This document shows, piece by piece, positions 17,017-26,812 of a stretch of DNA of 64,000 bases. Each line of letters opens with the position of its first letter. The first letter of the stretch is position 1. This DNA comes from a virus. The notes below the pieces were generated by a model. That model had not been told where the DNA came from, made no database searches, and saw only the letters and a program-made list of their open reading frames with translations. Location: IMG/VR virus record IMGVR_UViG_3300047546_001263, positions 1 through 64,000 of that record; one strand, written 5' to 3'. A program made the position numbers and the translations under genes.

Positions 17017-17856
17017 TTACTTGATATGTTCTGCTAAAACTTTTTCTACATGGGATTTAGCTACTTCCCATTCAACTGGTCCTGTCTCGTCTTCGTATTG
17101 AACAGGATCTTTACGGCCCAACTTAATAAAAGCTTCAATACGCTCCACAGAGCTAGCAGACTTATAGTCGCTATTACCAGAAGGGTAAGGCTTATATGAA
17201 GTGTTAGTTCTCTTGTACACCTCATCAAAGTCCAAACCGAGTGTTTCACATGCTTTAAGTCCATCTTCTAGAATACCAAATTTATCTGTATCTAAATAGG
17301 GAGTATAAAACTTAACACGTTCTGCATCCCAGTTACCAATTCTAAATGCTTCCATATCTGCATCTCTAAACTCTTGACGACAGTCAGGGTAGATTGCATG
17401 ATCTCCAGCATGGATACCTAGAGAAATAAAGGTATCTTCTTTTGTTTCGTTTGCTACTGATAAAGCTACTGCTTGTACTAGTGAGCTAAAGATCTTATTA
17501 CGATTAGGCACAACAGTATCTTTCATGTTGTCTTGTTCGTAATGACCTTCCGGCACATCTTTACCTCCTTCAACTAATGCTGAATTTAGTAGTTCTTTTA
17601 AACCGTCCAACTTAATAATCTGATGTGTTGGTGGTAAGAAAGAGTAATTTTTATCGTTATCAAACGGTGGATGCATAGCATTCCATTGCTCATTAATATA
17701 CTCTACTAATGATGTTGCACGTTCTAACTCTACTCTATGTTTCTGACCGTAATCAAAAGATAAAGTAGTAACTCTGTAGCCATTTGCTAACAAATGTAGT
17801 AACAAGGTAGAGGAGTCCATCCCTCCAGATAAGGACAATACAGCATTCTTCGCCAT
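17017..17856 (-). CDS. queC: 7-cyano-7-deazaguanine synthase QueC (Zn-cysteine-less variant)
   Basis: SGGMDS, FDYGQKH, VPNRN, YPDCR. Confidence 0.93.
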   Translation of the reverse strand: MAKNAVLSLSGGMDSSTLLLHLLANGYRVTTLSFDYGQKHRVELERATSLVEYINEQWNAMHPPFDNDKNYSFLPPTHQIIKLDGLKELLNSALVEGGKDVPEGHYEQDNMKDTVVPNRNKIFSSLVQAVALSVANETKEDTFISLGIHAGDHAIYPDCRQEFRDADMEAFRIGNWDAERVKFYTPYLDTDKFGILEDGLKACETLGLDFDEVYKRTNTSYKPYPSGNSDYKSASSVERIEAFIKLGRKDPVQYEDETGPVEWEVAKSHVEKVLAEHIK

Positions 17857-17908
17857 AATACGTAAAATTTAAAATATGCCAGGTATTAATAGGATATAGG
17901 CAAATCCT

Positions 17909-18223
17909 TTATTCGAAGGAGACAATATGCTCCATTCTGGTAGTAATTGCATCCCACTTCTGCATATATTCTTTTACAGATGTGTATCTTGTCTTCTCAC
18001 CAGAATTTAATAACTCTTTAGCTACTGTACGTAAAGCACCGTTAAATGTAGAAGGATAGCTTACAGTTCTAATATAAGCAGTATTCTTCTCACCTTTAAT
18101 TACTCTTTCAAAGACAGTAAAGCCACCTGCTCCTGATTTCGCTTTCGAAATAAAGAAAGGTTCCATTGCTGGGTCTTCAATAATAATGTCCTCTTTTGGG
18201 ATCGTGTTTGGATTTCTTAACAT
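17909..18223 (-). CDS. hypothetical protein
   Basis: ORF within operon. Confidence 0.6.
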   Translation of the reverse strand: MLRNPNTIPKEDIIIEDPAMEPFFISKAKSGAGGFTVFERVIKGEKNTAYIRTVSYPSTFNGALRTVAKELLNSGEKTRYTSVKEYMQKWDAITTRMEHIVSFE

Positions 18224-18239
18224 AACTGATTACTTTTAT

Positions 18240-18503
18240 TTAATTAAAGATAAGAACTTTTAGCTCATTTTCCGACAGTCCACCTACTTTTTTTGCAATA
18301 ATTTTTCCCTCTTTAACAACAACTGTTGTCGGTAGGGACATAATCTTATATTCTGCAGCTTTTCCGGAAACATCCTTATCTACATCTACTTCTAGAAACT
18401 CTACTCCGGTTTCTACATTCTCTGTTACAACTTTGTTCCAGATAGGAGCGTATGCTCTACATGGACCACACCATGTTGCGTGGAATCTAATTACTTCTGT
18501 CAT
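18240..18503 (-). CDS. thioredoxin
   Basis: FHATWCGPC, IMSLPT. Confidence 0.93.
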   Translation of the reverse strand: MTEVIRFHATWCGPCRAYAPIWNKVVTENVETGVEFLEVDVDKDVSGKAAEYKIMSLPTTVVVKEGKIIAKKVGGLSENELKVLIFN

Positions 18504-18530
18504 ATATGTTATAATGTACGATTTATATCT

Positions 18531-18561
18531 TAAGATACGAATAAATACTCAGAAAAGCAAC
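18531..18561 (-). promoter_or_regulatory. class A promoter of trx-orf-queC
   Basis: GTTGcttttctgagtatttaTTCGTATCTTA. Confidence 0.7.
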
Positions 18562-18562
18562 T

Positions 18563-19897
18563 TTATAATGCAAATCTACTACCTATCGTAAAGTTATAGG
18601 AAGGATTTTGATTGAATCCGGTATCTCCAATAACTAATGCACCAAAGTTTACTTTAAACCTTCTGGAGAGGTTAAAATCAAAGTTACTTCCTAAAATGTA
18701 GTTATAAGTTTCTACTCCTATTACTGTTTTTGAATCAACCATATAAAGGGATCCTAAATTCGACCAGGCAAACATAGGGGAGATAGTAACTCTCTTAGTT
18801 ACAAACGGTTTAGTAACAAATGCTGTAGCAATTTGTGCAATGCTAGTATTATCTTTTACAAAAGTACCTGCAAAAGTTAATGCATAACCACCTACTATTC
18901 CTTTTGGCCCCATTAAAATTAAACTATTCGTTACGTTAGGGCTAAAAACTCCGAACATACTTGCTGCTGATACACTACTTGAGAGTATCATTACCGGTTT
19001 GTAATCTTGATCTAAGAATATCTTAGAGTAGTTAAGAGATAAGTTAAATTGCTGAAGATTATCCCATAACATAAAAGTAGCTCCGTAAGATTCTAAGCCA
19101 GTTAGACTACTTTTTGACACTCCCATTGTCATCATATTAGTAAATTTACCATCTGGTGTTAATCCAGAAGCTATATTTGCACTAACAATAGGAGGATTTA
19201 TTGGTCTCTTTTTTTCTTCTTTCTTTTCTTCTTTTTTCTCCTCTTTCTTTTCTTCTTTTGATTCTTCCTTCTTTTCTTCTTTTTTCTCTTCTGATTTTGA
19301 CTCTTCTTTTTTCTCTTCGCTCTTAGATTCAGTTTTCTTTTCTTCAGTTTTACTTTCTGTCTTAGATTCAGTTTTAGTTTCAGTTTTAGTCTCTGATGAA
19401 GAACTGCTGCTACTACCAGATGATGAACTACTAGATGAAGAAGATCCTCCACTTGCTGGTGGGGGTGTAGAAGACCCGCTACTTGATGCTGGAGGTGTTA
19501 CTGGTGGAGGTGGTGGGGGTACAGTAGCAGCGGCTGTAGCAGCAGCATTTGATGCAGAAGCGGCTGCTTGAGAAGCAGTACTAGCTGCTTGCGTTACTGT
19601 ATTCTGTATAACTTGTGTTACTACAGTACTGGTTGGGCAAGGTCTATTCTGTACCTCTAGTATTGTTTTGTTTATCCAAGATTGTGCAACCCCTTGTTGT
19701 ACTTCTTGTGCTGTAAAAGTCCTTACTTGATCATAAAAAGCTACAATAGCACTACCACTAACATAAGTAGTAGTCACTGTTTTAACCTGACCTGAACATT
19801 TATCTATATACGTTTGTACTACAACTTGACCATTAGCGGTTTTGGTTGCTAGTAAAACTATAACTAATATCGTAAACTTGGTTATCCATTTTCTCAT
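18563..19897 (-). CDS. exported protein with Pro/Ser/Glu-Lys linker and C-terminal beta-barrel-like domain
   Basis: Signal peptide; alternating beta pattern; ends YNFTIGSRFAL. Confidence 0.6.
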   Translation of the reverse strand: MRKWITKFTILVIVLLATKTANGQVVVQTYIDKCSGQVKTVTTTYVSGSAIVAFYDQVRTFTAQEVQQGVAQSWINKTILEVQNRPCPTSTVVTQVIQNTVTQAASTASQAAASASNAAATAAATVPPPPPPVTPPASSSGSSTPPPASGGSSSSSSSSSGSSSSSSSETKTETKTESKTESKTEEKKTESKSEEKKEESKSEEKKEEKKEESKEEKKEEKKEEKKEEKKRPINPPIVSANIASGLTPDGKFTNMMTMGVSKSSLTGLESYGATFMLWDNLQQFNLSLNYSKIFLDQDYKPVMILSSSVSAASMFGVFSPNVTNSLILMGPKGIVGGYALTFAGTFVKDNTSIAQIATAFVTKPFVTKRVTISPMFAWSNLGSLYMVDSKTVIGVETYNYILGSNFDFNLSRRFKVNFGALVIGDTGFNQNPSYNFTIGSRFAL

Positions 19898-20032
19898 TAT
19901 GTCATACTACCATAACCGTGAGGTTATGTTGCTGTTATCTGTTAATAAATTAATAACACATAAACCTAGCTTTTTACTAGTACAACATTTTAAATTTTTA
20001 CAACTTAGCTATATTAAACGTAAACTTCTTAA

Positions 20033-20755
20033 TTAATTTTTAAAAATTCCTTTTTTTACCATTCTATCTAGAATTCTAGCACAAGCTATATCTAGAGCTT
20101 TCTTAGTTGCTATTGAAATAGTAGATTGGTTAAATTTAACTTCATCTACTGTTGCATCTGAAAGTAAAGTCAATTCTCTTGTAGTTTTTGCTTCTCCTAA
20201 ACCTGATGCACTAAATACTACTCCAGTTTCAGCATTTGTAAAGCGAACTTGTAAACCTAAACGAGTAACTACCATGTTTTTTACTCCATCCTTTAAGTTA
20301 ATAGTTTCATCTTCTGAAATTGAGTAATCATACACCTCTATTGTAACAAAATACTCAGCTAAATTGATTTTACCTCTACCGTCAAGTTTATTTTCAGATA
20401 TTCCTGCTTGAGAAGCCTGAAATTGTTTAACCATACGGTTTTTAATCTCAGTTTTATCTTCTGTAAACTTAAATCGATTAAGGTTCTCAAGATACTCCAT
20501 TGTAATGTTTGCTACACCTAATCCTACGCGTTTCTCTTTAAGTTCTGGGTACATTTCATATACTTCATCACTAATACCAGCTTTTAGTATCTGGATAGGG
20601 ATTTGAGGCCCTTCGTAGTCTAAGAACTTACTAATATCAATTGCGGTTTCGAATGATGCTTTGTATTGCTCAGTTTGAGTTTTACCTACTGTTTGAGCAA
20701 TGACACCTACACTGCTTAATAAAAAGCAGCTTAATAATAGACTTAATCTTTTCAT
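20033..20755 (-). CDS. CsgG/HfaB-like exported protein
   Basis: Signal peptide; GLGVANI..EYL...NRF, LGLQVRFTNAETG.V...SGLGEA. Confidence 0.65.
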   Translation of the reverse strand: MKRLSLLLSCFLLSSVGVIAQTVGKTQTEQYKASFETAIDISKFLDYEGPQIPIQILKAGISDEVYEMYPELKEKRVGLGVANITMEYLENLNRFKFTEDKTEIKNRMVKQFQASQAGISENKLDGRGKINLAEYFVTIEVYDYSISEDETINLKDGVKNMVVTRLGLQVRFTNAETGVVFSASGLGEAKTTRELTLLSDATVDEVKFNQSTISIATKKALDIACARILDRMVKKGIFKN

Positions 20756-20763
20756 ACATTGTT

Positions 20764-20991
20764 TTATTTTTCTGGTCCTTCATATCCCCAGTTTCTAGGA
20801 TCATGGGTGTACCTTCCATCAATTCTAACTGTAAGTTCGTCTGTTACAACAGATAGCTTTTCTTCTTGACCAAGAGCCATTCCGGCAACAAAGTAAAGTT
20901 GAAAACTAAGTGCGAAACACACCCAACATAACACTAGACCTACTGATGCGTAGGCTACTAAATTTCCGATTTTGGATAACATCTTTTTCAT
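20764..20991 (-). CDS. small membrane protein
   Basis: One TM segment. Confidence 0.55.
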   Translation of the reverse strand: MKKMLSKIGNLVAYASVGLVLCWVCFALSFQLYFVAGMALGQEEKLSVVTDELTVRIDGRYTHDPRNWGYEGPEK

Positions 20992-21011
20992 ATACGTTTT
21001 TTTTTAATTGT

Positions 21012-21347
21012 TTACTCTTCTGTTGATGCTGCTGCTCCTCCTGTGTTAGATAAAGAAACTCCGTCTTCTTCGTCCATTTTTTGAACTAACATCTTATCTT
21101 TATCTGTATCAGAGAACCAGTAGTCTATAATTTTACCATACGACCCAATGAAAGCTCCTAATAAAAGTAAAAGAAGTTCTTTCCATTCCTGTCCAACAAC
21201 TGTTTCCATGTGTATTGATAATACAATACCAAATGTTGTGAACATAAAAGTAACTAAGACGATTAAAGTCATTAACCATCTTCTTTTCATCATTAAGTTT
21301 AGCAGGTCTTTGAATCCGCTTGGTTGATTTTCCATATTATTTACCAT
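21012..21347 (-). CDS. 2-TM membrane protein (holin-like topology)
   Basis: Two TM helices then IIDYWF and an acidic tail. Confidence 0.55.
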   Translation of the reverse strand: MVNNMENQPSGFKDLLNLMMKRRWLMTLIVLVTFMFTTFGIVLSIHMETVVGQEWKELLLLLLGAFIGSYGKIIDYWFSDTDKDKMLVQKMDEEDGVSLSNTGGAAASTEE

Positions 21348-21670
21348 TTAGGGGCTTCTTCTTTAAATTCATCTCCTTCCTTTTTCTTAGGTTTAGGTTC
21401 TGCTTTAGCAGCTGGATTAGCAGCTGGTTTTTCAATTACTCTTTCTTTGATGATAGTATTAGTACCACCTGCAGCTTGTTGCTGTTGGTTAGAGTTTGTA
21501 ATGTTAATTACTGGAGCTGCTTGTTGTACTGGAGCTGGTTCATCACCACCTGTTAATTGGGTTACTCCCCAAGTACCAACACCCATAATAGCGGTAGTTG
21601 CTACACCGATAATGGTCTTTTTTAATCCAGACCAAGTACCGTCATTGTTTTGTTCTAATTCTTCTGACAT
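21341..21670 (-). CDS. single-TM protein with low-complexity tail
   Basis: TIIGVATTAIMGVGTWGV TM. Confidence 0.6.
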   Translation of the reverse strand: MSEELEQNNDGTWSGLKKTIIGVATTAIMGVGTWGVTQLTGGDEPAPVQQAAPVINITNSNQQQQAAGGTNTIIKERVIEKPAANPAAKAEPKPKKKEGDEFKEEAPKW

Positions 21671-21682
21671 TTTTATTAATTT

Positions 21683-22048
21683 TTAAAGTTTGTTAAAATC
21701 TGTTATTCCTAATTGATTATTATTTGAATCAAATAGTCCAATTCTGTAAGCTGATGAAGGTAATGCTGAAGTGTATACTTTAAGTATATTATCACCTGCT
21801 TTTACCATCATAGTTTCTTTAGATACTACCTTATTGGATATATCAAAGATTTTTATTGTTACTAATTGTGAAACCTCCATCTTAACATTCATCGCAACTT
21901 CTGTTGTTACGAATGCAGATTCTAATTTGATACCAACTGCATCTTTAATTTGCAATTGTTCCTTAACTTGTTGTTCAGGTAATATATCATCTTTGTAACA
22001 ACCTGTTAAACTAAGCATTACTAATGCTACTAAAGTTAATTTTCTCAT
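21683..22048 (-). CDS. lipoprotein with T9SS C-terminal-domain-like Ig fold
   Basis: LTGC lipobox; KIFDISNKVV..GDNILKV..LPSSAY pattern. Confidence 0.6.
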   Translation of the reverse strand: MRKLTLVALVMLSLTGCYKDDILPEQQVKEQLQIKDAVGIKLESAFVTTEVAMNVKMEVSQLVTIKIFDISNKVVSKETMMVKAGDNILKVYTSALPSSAYRIGLFDSNNNQLGITDFNKL

Positions 22049-22049
22049 C

Positions 22050-22391
22050 TTATTTAATTATTATTGTTGTTTTACTTATCTCTTTTTTAGTAACATCTTC
22101 TAGTAACAAATATAAATACGTAGACTGTATTGAGTTCGTGTAAATCTTCTTAACATTTTCCCCAAGCTGTCCTATAAACTTCTCTCTACTTACTACTTGC
22201 CCGCTTTCTTTATCAATTAATGTTAATGTATATGTTCCAGCAGATGGTAAATCAAAGTAAATTGACTGTCCGTTTACCACTCTACTTTCACCAACACTAA
22301 ATATCTTTTCAACAGGTGGAGTTGGAGTTGGTAATTCCGGTTTAGTACACCCTACTAATAAAATTAACGATATGTAAAGTATGTATTTCAT
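22050..22391 (-). CDS. lipoprotein, paralogous Ig/CTD-like domain
   Basis: LVGC lipobox; LIDKESGQVVSREK..GENVKKIYT similar to neighbour. Confidence 0.6.
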   Translation of the reverse strand: MKYILYISLILLVGCTKPELPTPTPPVEKIFSVGESRVVNGQSIYFDLPSAGTYTLTLIDKESGQVVSREKFIGQLGENVKKIYTNSIQSTYLYLLLEDVTKKEISKTTIIIK

Positions 22392-24688
22392 TAGTTTAAC
22401 TTAATTTTTAACTGCTTACCGTCTTTATTTACTGCATCAGTATTTGAAACTGAGGTTAATCCTAATATCCCGTTTAATCCAATTAATGGTAAAAATGTAA
22501 TTTTATATTCAGTCGTCTTATCTAATACAGTAGATCCATCTGTTATTAATGATCCTAATGTTATATAAGAACCTCTATCAGTACCAAAGTTTGTTGGATT
22601 CCCTTTTGTATTGAATTCTACTTTTTCAAATTTCAAAGCAGTATTATCATAGTTTATATTGAACTGCGTTCCAACTAACTCTTGCTGCACTGGGTCTACT
22701 GATAGTGTTACAACTAACTTACCGCCTATGTTTTCACTTATTAGGTACGCGTTGATTTGATTAGAAACGGTATTTACTGTTGAGCTCATACTTCTTACTG
22801 AATTGCTCGCTACAGTACTTACGCTTTGCTGTGCTGAATGTGATAAGTTTACATCACCTAACCAGGTTACGCTTATGTTATAAGTGTTATTGAGGTTTCC
22901 TAACGTAAAGGGTATTAAATTACGGGTAGAGTTAAATTGAGTTCTCCAATTTGATACTGTTATTGCATCATATTCTGACTTATTGTACAACTTCATTAGA
23001 TAAGTTAGTGCAGTAGATTGAGATAACGGCTGTACGCCTGTAAGATGTTGTAATAACTTATAGGTATCTGCTTCATTAAATACCCCGTTTCCGTCAACAT
23101 CTGCGTTTAAGTATTGAATACCGTTTGTTAAACCTAATCCACTTTGATTACCAAATATACCACCGTCTGCTAATTCCTTAAATGCCAAATATACATCCGA
23201 TACACCAACTATATTACTATATAATGTGTTTAGTTCCGTTTGATTAGAATGAGTTAATTCCATTCCATGTGGCTTGTATGCTAATATAGGTGAGAATGTA
23301 AATTCAGCCTGTAATCCATAAAATCCATTTCCTGCTCTTATGTTTGATGCAAAAGATGAACCACTAAAATTAAATTGAGTTGCAGTATAAACATACACCT
23401 CTGTCCAACCATTTGGGTCATATGAATTAAATGTTACAGGACCATTCCATAAATCAAATAATTGTAAACTACTAATTTTGGTTGGGTCTGTTAAAATACC
23501 ATTTACTTCTCTACTATCGATTCCAATTCTATATCTTTGATTGGCTACATCATATTGATAAACCACACACCACTCAACTTGTCCAGATGTAGTTATTGCT
23601 CTAACTCCATTTCCTACTCTGGCTGTATCTAGTAAACTAGTCAAATCTACCTTACCTAATCCACTTAATTGCCTAGCAGTTCCATTTACTACATTCCAAG
23701 TGTTATTAGTGTATGTATATCCTTTTGCTGTAAATTTAGTTTCATCTACATTACCACCGAAATCTATATTGAATGCTGCTCTCAATACTTCTCCGTTTGA
23801 ATGGGTTACACTATTAGTATAGAATTCAGTAAATGTTGCATCATCAGGATTAGTCCAAGTTCCAAATTCAATTACATATGCACAACTAAAATTATTAGGT
23901 AAATCATTCCATTGAGAACCCCCACCCCATTTAGTTACAGCATAATCTTCGTTACCACTATTGTTTGGTTCACCGCCTGCCCAGTTGTTATACTGCCCTT
24001 GTATGTTTCCAGCAGTTTGTCCATTTGCTGTTTTAATAAGAGTTCCTGCTTCAGGACCAGCATCAATTCTCCATTGACCTTCTACCACTTCATCGGTAAG
24101 AGCAAACCATATATTGGCTTGTGGAACATTATTAAAAATAAATTGGTCTTCTGATGATGATGTTATTGTTACCAAATATCCTTGTTGACCTTTAAATGTT
24201 TGTTGAGAAGATAATGTTCTTGCGTTTGTATAAGTTGCTCCGGCTGATATTGGTCTATAAAAGTGTCCATTAACACCATTATAAAAATAACCAACAGGGT
24301 TTACGGTTGCGGCAACTGATAATTGAACGTTACCAACTACTGAACCTGTATTTACTTTTAGATTTGCTAATGCTATATTGATATTAGCCATTGTACCTGT
24401 TACCACTAATCTGGTTTTATTACCAGGTAGAGTAAATCCACTTGCCGGTGTTAATCCATCTAATCTGTCTAAATAGAATGTAGTACCGGTTGATGGATTA
24501 ATTAAACTGATTGAAGCAAGTAGTGTTGAAGTTGAATTAAATCCACTCAATACAAATCCACTTGCATCCTGTCCATTTGTAGATGGAGTAAAGGATTTAG
24601 AGTCTGGAGCAGATACACTCTGTCCAAACCCCAAAAATGGTGTTAATGATAACAGTAATATAACTAATAAGTTTTTCATACTATTCAA
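22391..24688 (-). CDS. exported protein: C-type lectin + dockerin-like + C-terminal cohesin-like domain
   Basis: YNNWAGGEPNNSGNEDY..WND; ADVDGNGVFNEADTYKLLQHL; ELVGTQFNINYDNTALKFEKV. Confidence 0.72.
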   Translation of the reverse strand: MNSMKNLLVILLLSLTPFLGFGQSVSAPDSKSFTPSTNGQDASGFVLSGFNSTSTLLASISLINPSTGTTFYLDRLDGLTPASGFTLPGNKTRLVVTGTMANINIALANLKVNTGSVVGNVQLSVAATVNPVGYFYNGVNGHFYRPISAGATYTNARTLSSQQTFKGQQGYLVTITSSSEDQFIFNNVPQANIWFALTDEVVEGQWRIDAGPEAGTLIKTANGQTAGNIQGQYNNWAGGEPNNSGNEDYAVTKWGGGSQWNDLPNNFSCAYVIEFGTWTNPDDATFTEFYTNSVTHSNGEVLRAAFNIDFGGNVDETKFTAKGYTYTNNTWNVVNGTARQLSGLGKVDLTSLLDTARVGNGVRAITTSGQVEWCVVYQYDVANQRYRIGIDSREVNGILTDPTKISSLQLFDLWNGPVTFNSYDPNGWTEVYVYTATQFNFSGSSFASNIRAGNGFYGLQAEFTFSPILAYKPHGMELTHSNQTELNTLYSNIVGVSDVYLAFKELADGGIFGNQSGLGLTNGIQYLNADVDGNGVFNEADTYKLLQHLTGVQPLSQSTALTYLMKLYNKSEYDAITVSNWRTQFNSTRNLIPFTLGNLNNTYNISVTWLGDVNLSHSAQQSVSTVASNSVRSMSSTVNTVSNQINAYLISENIGGKLVVTLSVDPVQQELVGTQFNINYDNTALKFEKVEFNTKGNPTNFGTDRGSYITLGSLITDGSTVLDKTTEYKITFLPLIGLNGILGLTSVSNTDAVNKDGKQLKIKLN

Positions 24689-26342
24689 TTACTAAGTCTA
24701 TTTTGTTTCCTTTAGCATCTACTGCGTCAGATAATACAAAGTAGAATAATCCTGCAGTATTACTTAACTGTACTTTAGGAGTAAATACTAACTTATATGG
24801 AGTGCCTGTCTTAATTCTAGATGTTTTAACTTGGTCAATAGAACCAAATGTTAATCTACCGTTTTTGTCTGTTGAAAAGTTTGTGATAGTAGAACCTGCA
24901 TCAAATATGATATTATCTAAAGTTAATTTAGATTCATCATAATTCATAATAACTTCTAATCCTGCTAATTCCTCTTTTGTTAAAGTAGTTGTTAATACAA
25001 CTTTTCCATTCTCTAATGTAGATGTTACGCTTAATTTTGCAGTTTCAGCTGCTTTATTTTGATAAGCCATTACTATATTAGAAGATGTAGACATACTCTT
25101 AACAACTAATGCGTCTGTTTTATTTGCTGCATTTGTGTATATACCGCTACTTATTCTACTTGCTATTACTGCCGGATCTGATGAATGTGACCAGTTCAAA
25201 TCTCCACCCCATGCAAATACTGCATGAACTTCTTTTGTAGGTGAATCTATTAATACTTTATTTTTAACAACACCATCTAACCAACTTTGATTAAGTAGAC
25301 CACTATACCATCTAACTGAAGTTGACGTACTTGAAGGAATCATAGCTGGTGTATCTACATTAACACCCATTACGTGTGCAAATAAGTAGTATGAATCATT
25401 TTCGCTGAATTCAGTTTTATTTTTTGTGATAAGACCAACCTTCTTTTCTAAGTTCGGATAAGTAAAGAAGTTAGCAGTTCCGTTGATATCAGTCTGTGAG
25501 TGTCCTAAAAATGCTTTATAAGCATCAGATACAGTTACTATGTTATTCATCCAGCTCTTTTGAAATGCTGGACCTACAAACACACCTACTGAATCACCTA
25601 CTTTAACTTGTGTAGTAAATAAAGCCTCACCACTAGCATCTAATGGTAATTGAGCAATAGGAGGTAATGACCAATTTATGTCTCCGCTACCGTCAGTTTT
25701 TAATCTCATCAATTGAACACTATGATCAGTAATCGTATATCCTTGTGGGAATAATACTTTTACTTTAAATTGAGAGGTATTACCTGTTATACCGGTTAGG
25801 GATATATTTGTATTACTTCTAGTTACAGGGGAAATGTACGTCCCATCAGTATTAATAGAGTATGCTAAGTCTAGCTTATGAATATCGTTATATGTGTTCT
25901 GATCTTTTAATACAAACTTTTGAGTTGCTATATCTCCATCTATAGATGCATCGGTTCTTTGAATAGTCAACTGTCCAACGTTCCAGTCATTATTTACTGT
26001 ATATGCCCAAGGAGTAGCTTGGTACTGTTGATATAAGCTAGTAACAGCAACATTTGATGCTGGAGTAAACGAGTAGTTATTCCATCCTGTATAAAATGTT
26101 TGAACAGAAGTTCCTTGTGAGAATACTGTACTATTTGGCACCATAGCCAAAGCTTTGTTATTAAACGAGTATCTCAACCAGAAATAACGAGGTGCTGTAG
26201 TACCTTTTGTCACAGTATATTTTACTGTTAAGGTATCCCCTACTTTCAGATTAGTTGTTGGACTAATAGTTTGGTTAACTGAAAGTTGTGCAAATGAGTT
26301 TAATGATGTAAATAAAGCTAGAATTACTAAAAGGTTCTTCAT
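24681..26342 (-). CDS. exported protein with cohesin-like domains at both ends (paralogous to neighbour)
   Basis: KVGDTLTV..YFWLRYSFNNKAL; VTVSDAYKAF; GDLNWSHS; ELAGLEVIMNYDESKLTLDNI. Confidence 0.62.
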   Translation of the reverse strand: MKNLLVILALFTSLNSFAQLSVNQTISPTTNLKVGDTLTVKYTVTKGTTAPRYFWLRYSFNNKALAMVPNSTVFSQGTSVQTFYTGWNNYSFTPASNVAVTSLYQQYQATPWAYTVNNDWNVGQLTIQRTDASIDGDIATQKFVLKDQNTYNDIHKLDLAYSINTDGTYISPVTRSNTNISLTGITGNTSQFKVKVLFPQGYTITDHSVQLMRLKTDGSGDINWSLPPIAQLPLDASGEALFTTQVKVGDSVGVFVGPAFQKSWMNNIVTVSDAYKAFLGHSQTDINGTANFFTYPNLEKKVGLITKNKTEFSENDSYYLFAHVMGVNVDTPAMIPSSTSTSVRWYSGLLNQSWLDGVVKNKVLIDSPTKEVHAVFAWGGDLNWSHSSDPAVIASRISSGIYTNAANKTDALVVKSMSTSSNIVMAYQNKAAETAKLSVTSTLENGKVVLTTTLTKEELAGLEVIMNYDESKLTLDNIIFDAGSTITNFSTDKNGRLTFGSIDQVKTSRIKTGTPYKLVFTPKVQLSNTAGLFYFVLSDAVDAKGNKIDLVIE

Positions 26343-26812
26343 TATAAAAGTTGGTTTATTATTCCTTCACAAGTTTTTTTCAAAGCAGCTGAGATGTCTG
26401 AATCAGATATCTTACCTCCTTTGTCGAGAATAACAACAGACGTAACTAATGTCTTAGCCTGTTCTTTTATAATAACGCTTTTCTTTTTCTTACCGTTTTC
26501 GTATAACGTACCCTTTGCAATGATTTCAGTGATATCAGAAGTTTTTCCGTATACTGCAATCTGTGTAGTCACTTTTTTAACATCAAAATATAACAACTCA
26601 ACTTGTAGAGTTATAGTTGCATTTGGTGCTAAATCAAAACCTTTATCTTGAATAACTTCTTCTAGAATATTTTTTACCCCAAAAGAAAGGTCTCTGCTTC
26701 CGGCATGAGGACCCATTAAAATTTTATTTTCTACGTCTCCTACTTTAACTGCATTTTGAGCATATAAAGCACTATTGAAGATCAATAGAAAACTTATTAA
26801 CAAAAATTTCAT
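26342..26812 (-). CDS. exported protein, possibly CsgG/LptE-like fold
   Basis: Signal peptide; FGVKNILEEV, SAALKKTC similar to 20033-20755. Confidence 0.5.
   Translation of the reverse strand: MKFLLISFLLIFNSALYAQNAVKVGDVENKILMGPHAGSRDLSFGVKNILEEVIQDKGFDLAPNATITLQVELLYFDVKKVTTQIAVYGKTSDITEIIAKGTLYENGKKKKSVIIKEQAKTLVTSVVILDKGGKISDSDISAALKKTCEGIINQLL

Noticed and set aside
4248-17856. que genes as tRNA queuosine biosynthesis
   Set aside because: No queA, queG/H or canonical zinc-binding tgt in the window; DpdA-like and nucleotide-pool enzymes indicate DNA modification, though supply to host tRNA cannot be excluded
21012-21347. Holin of a lysis cassette
   Set aside because: Topology fits, but no endolysin or spanin is adjacent; left as a membrane protein of the exported-protein block
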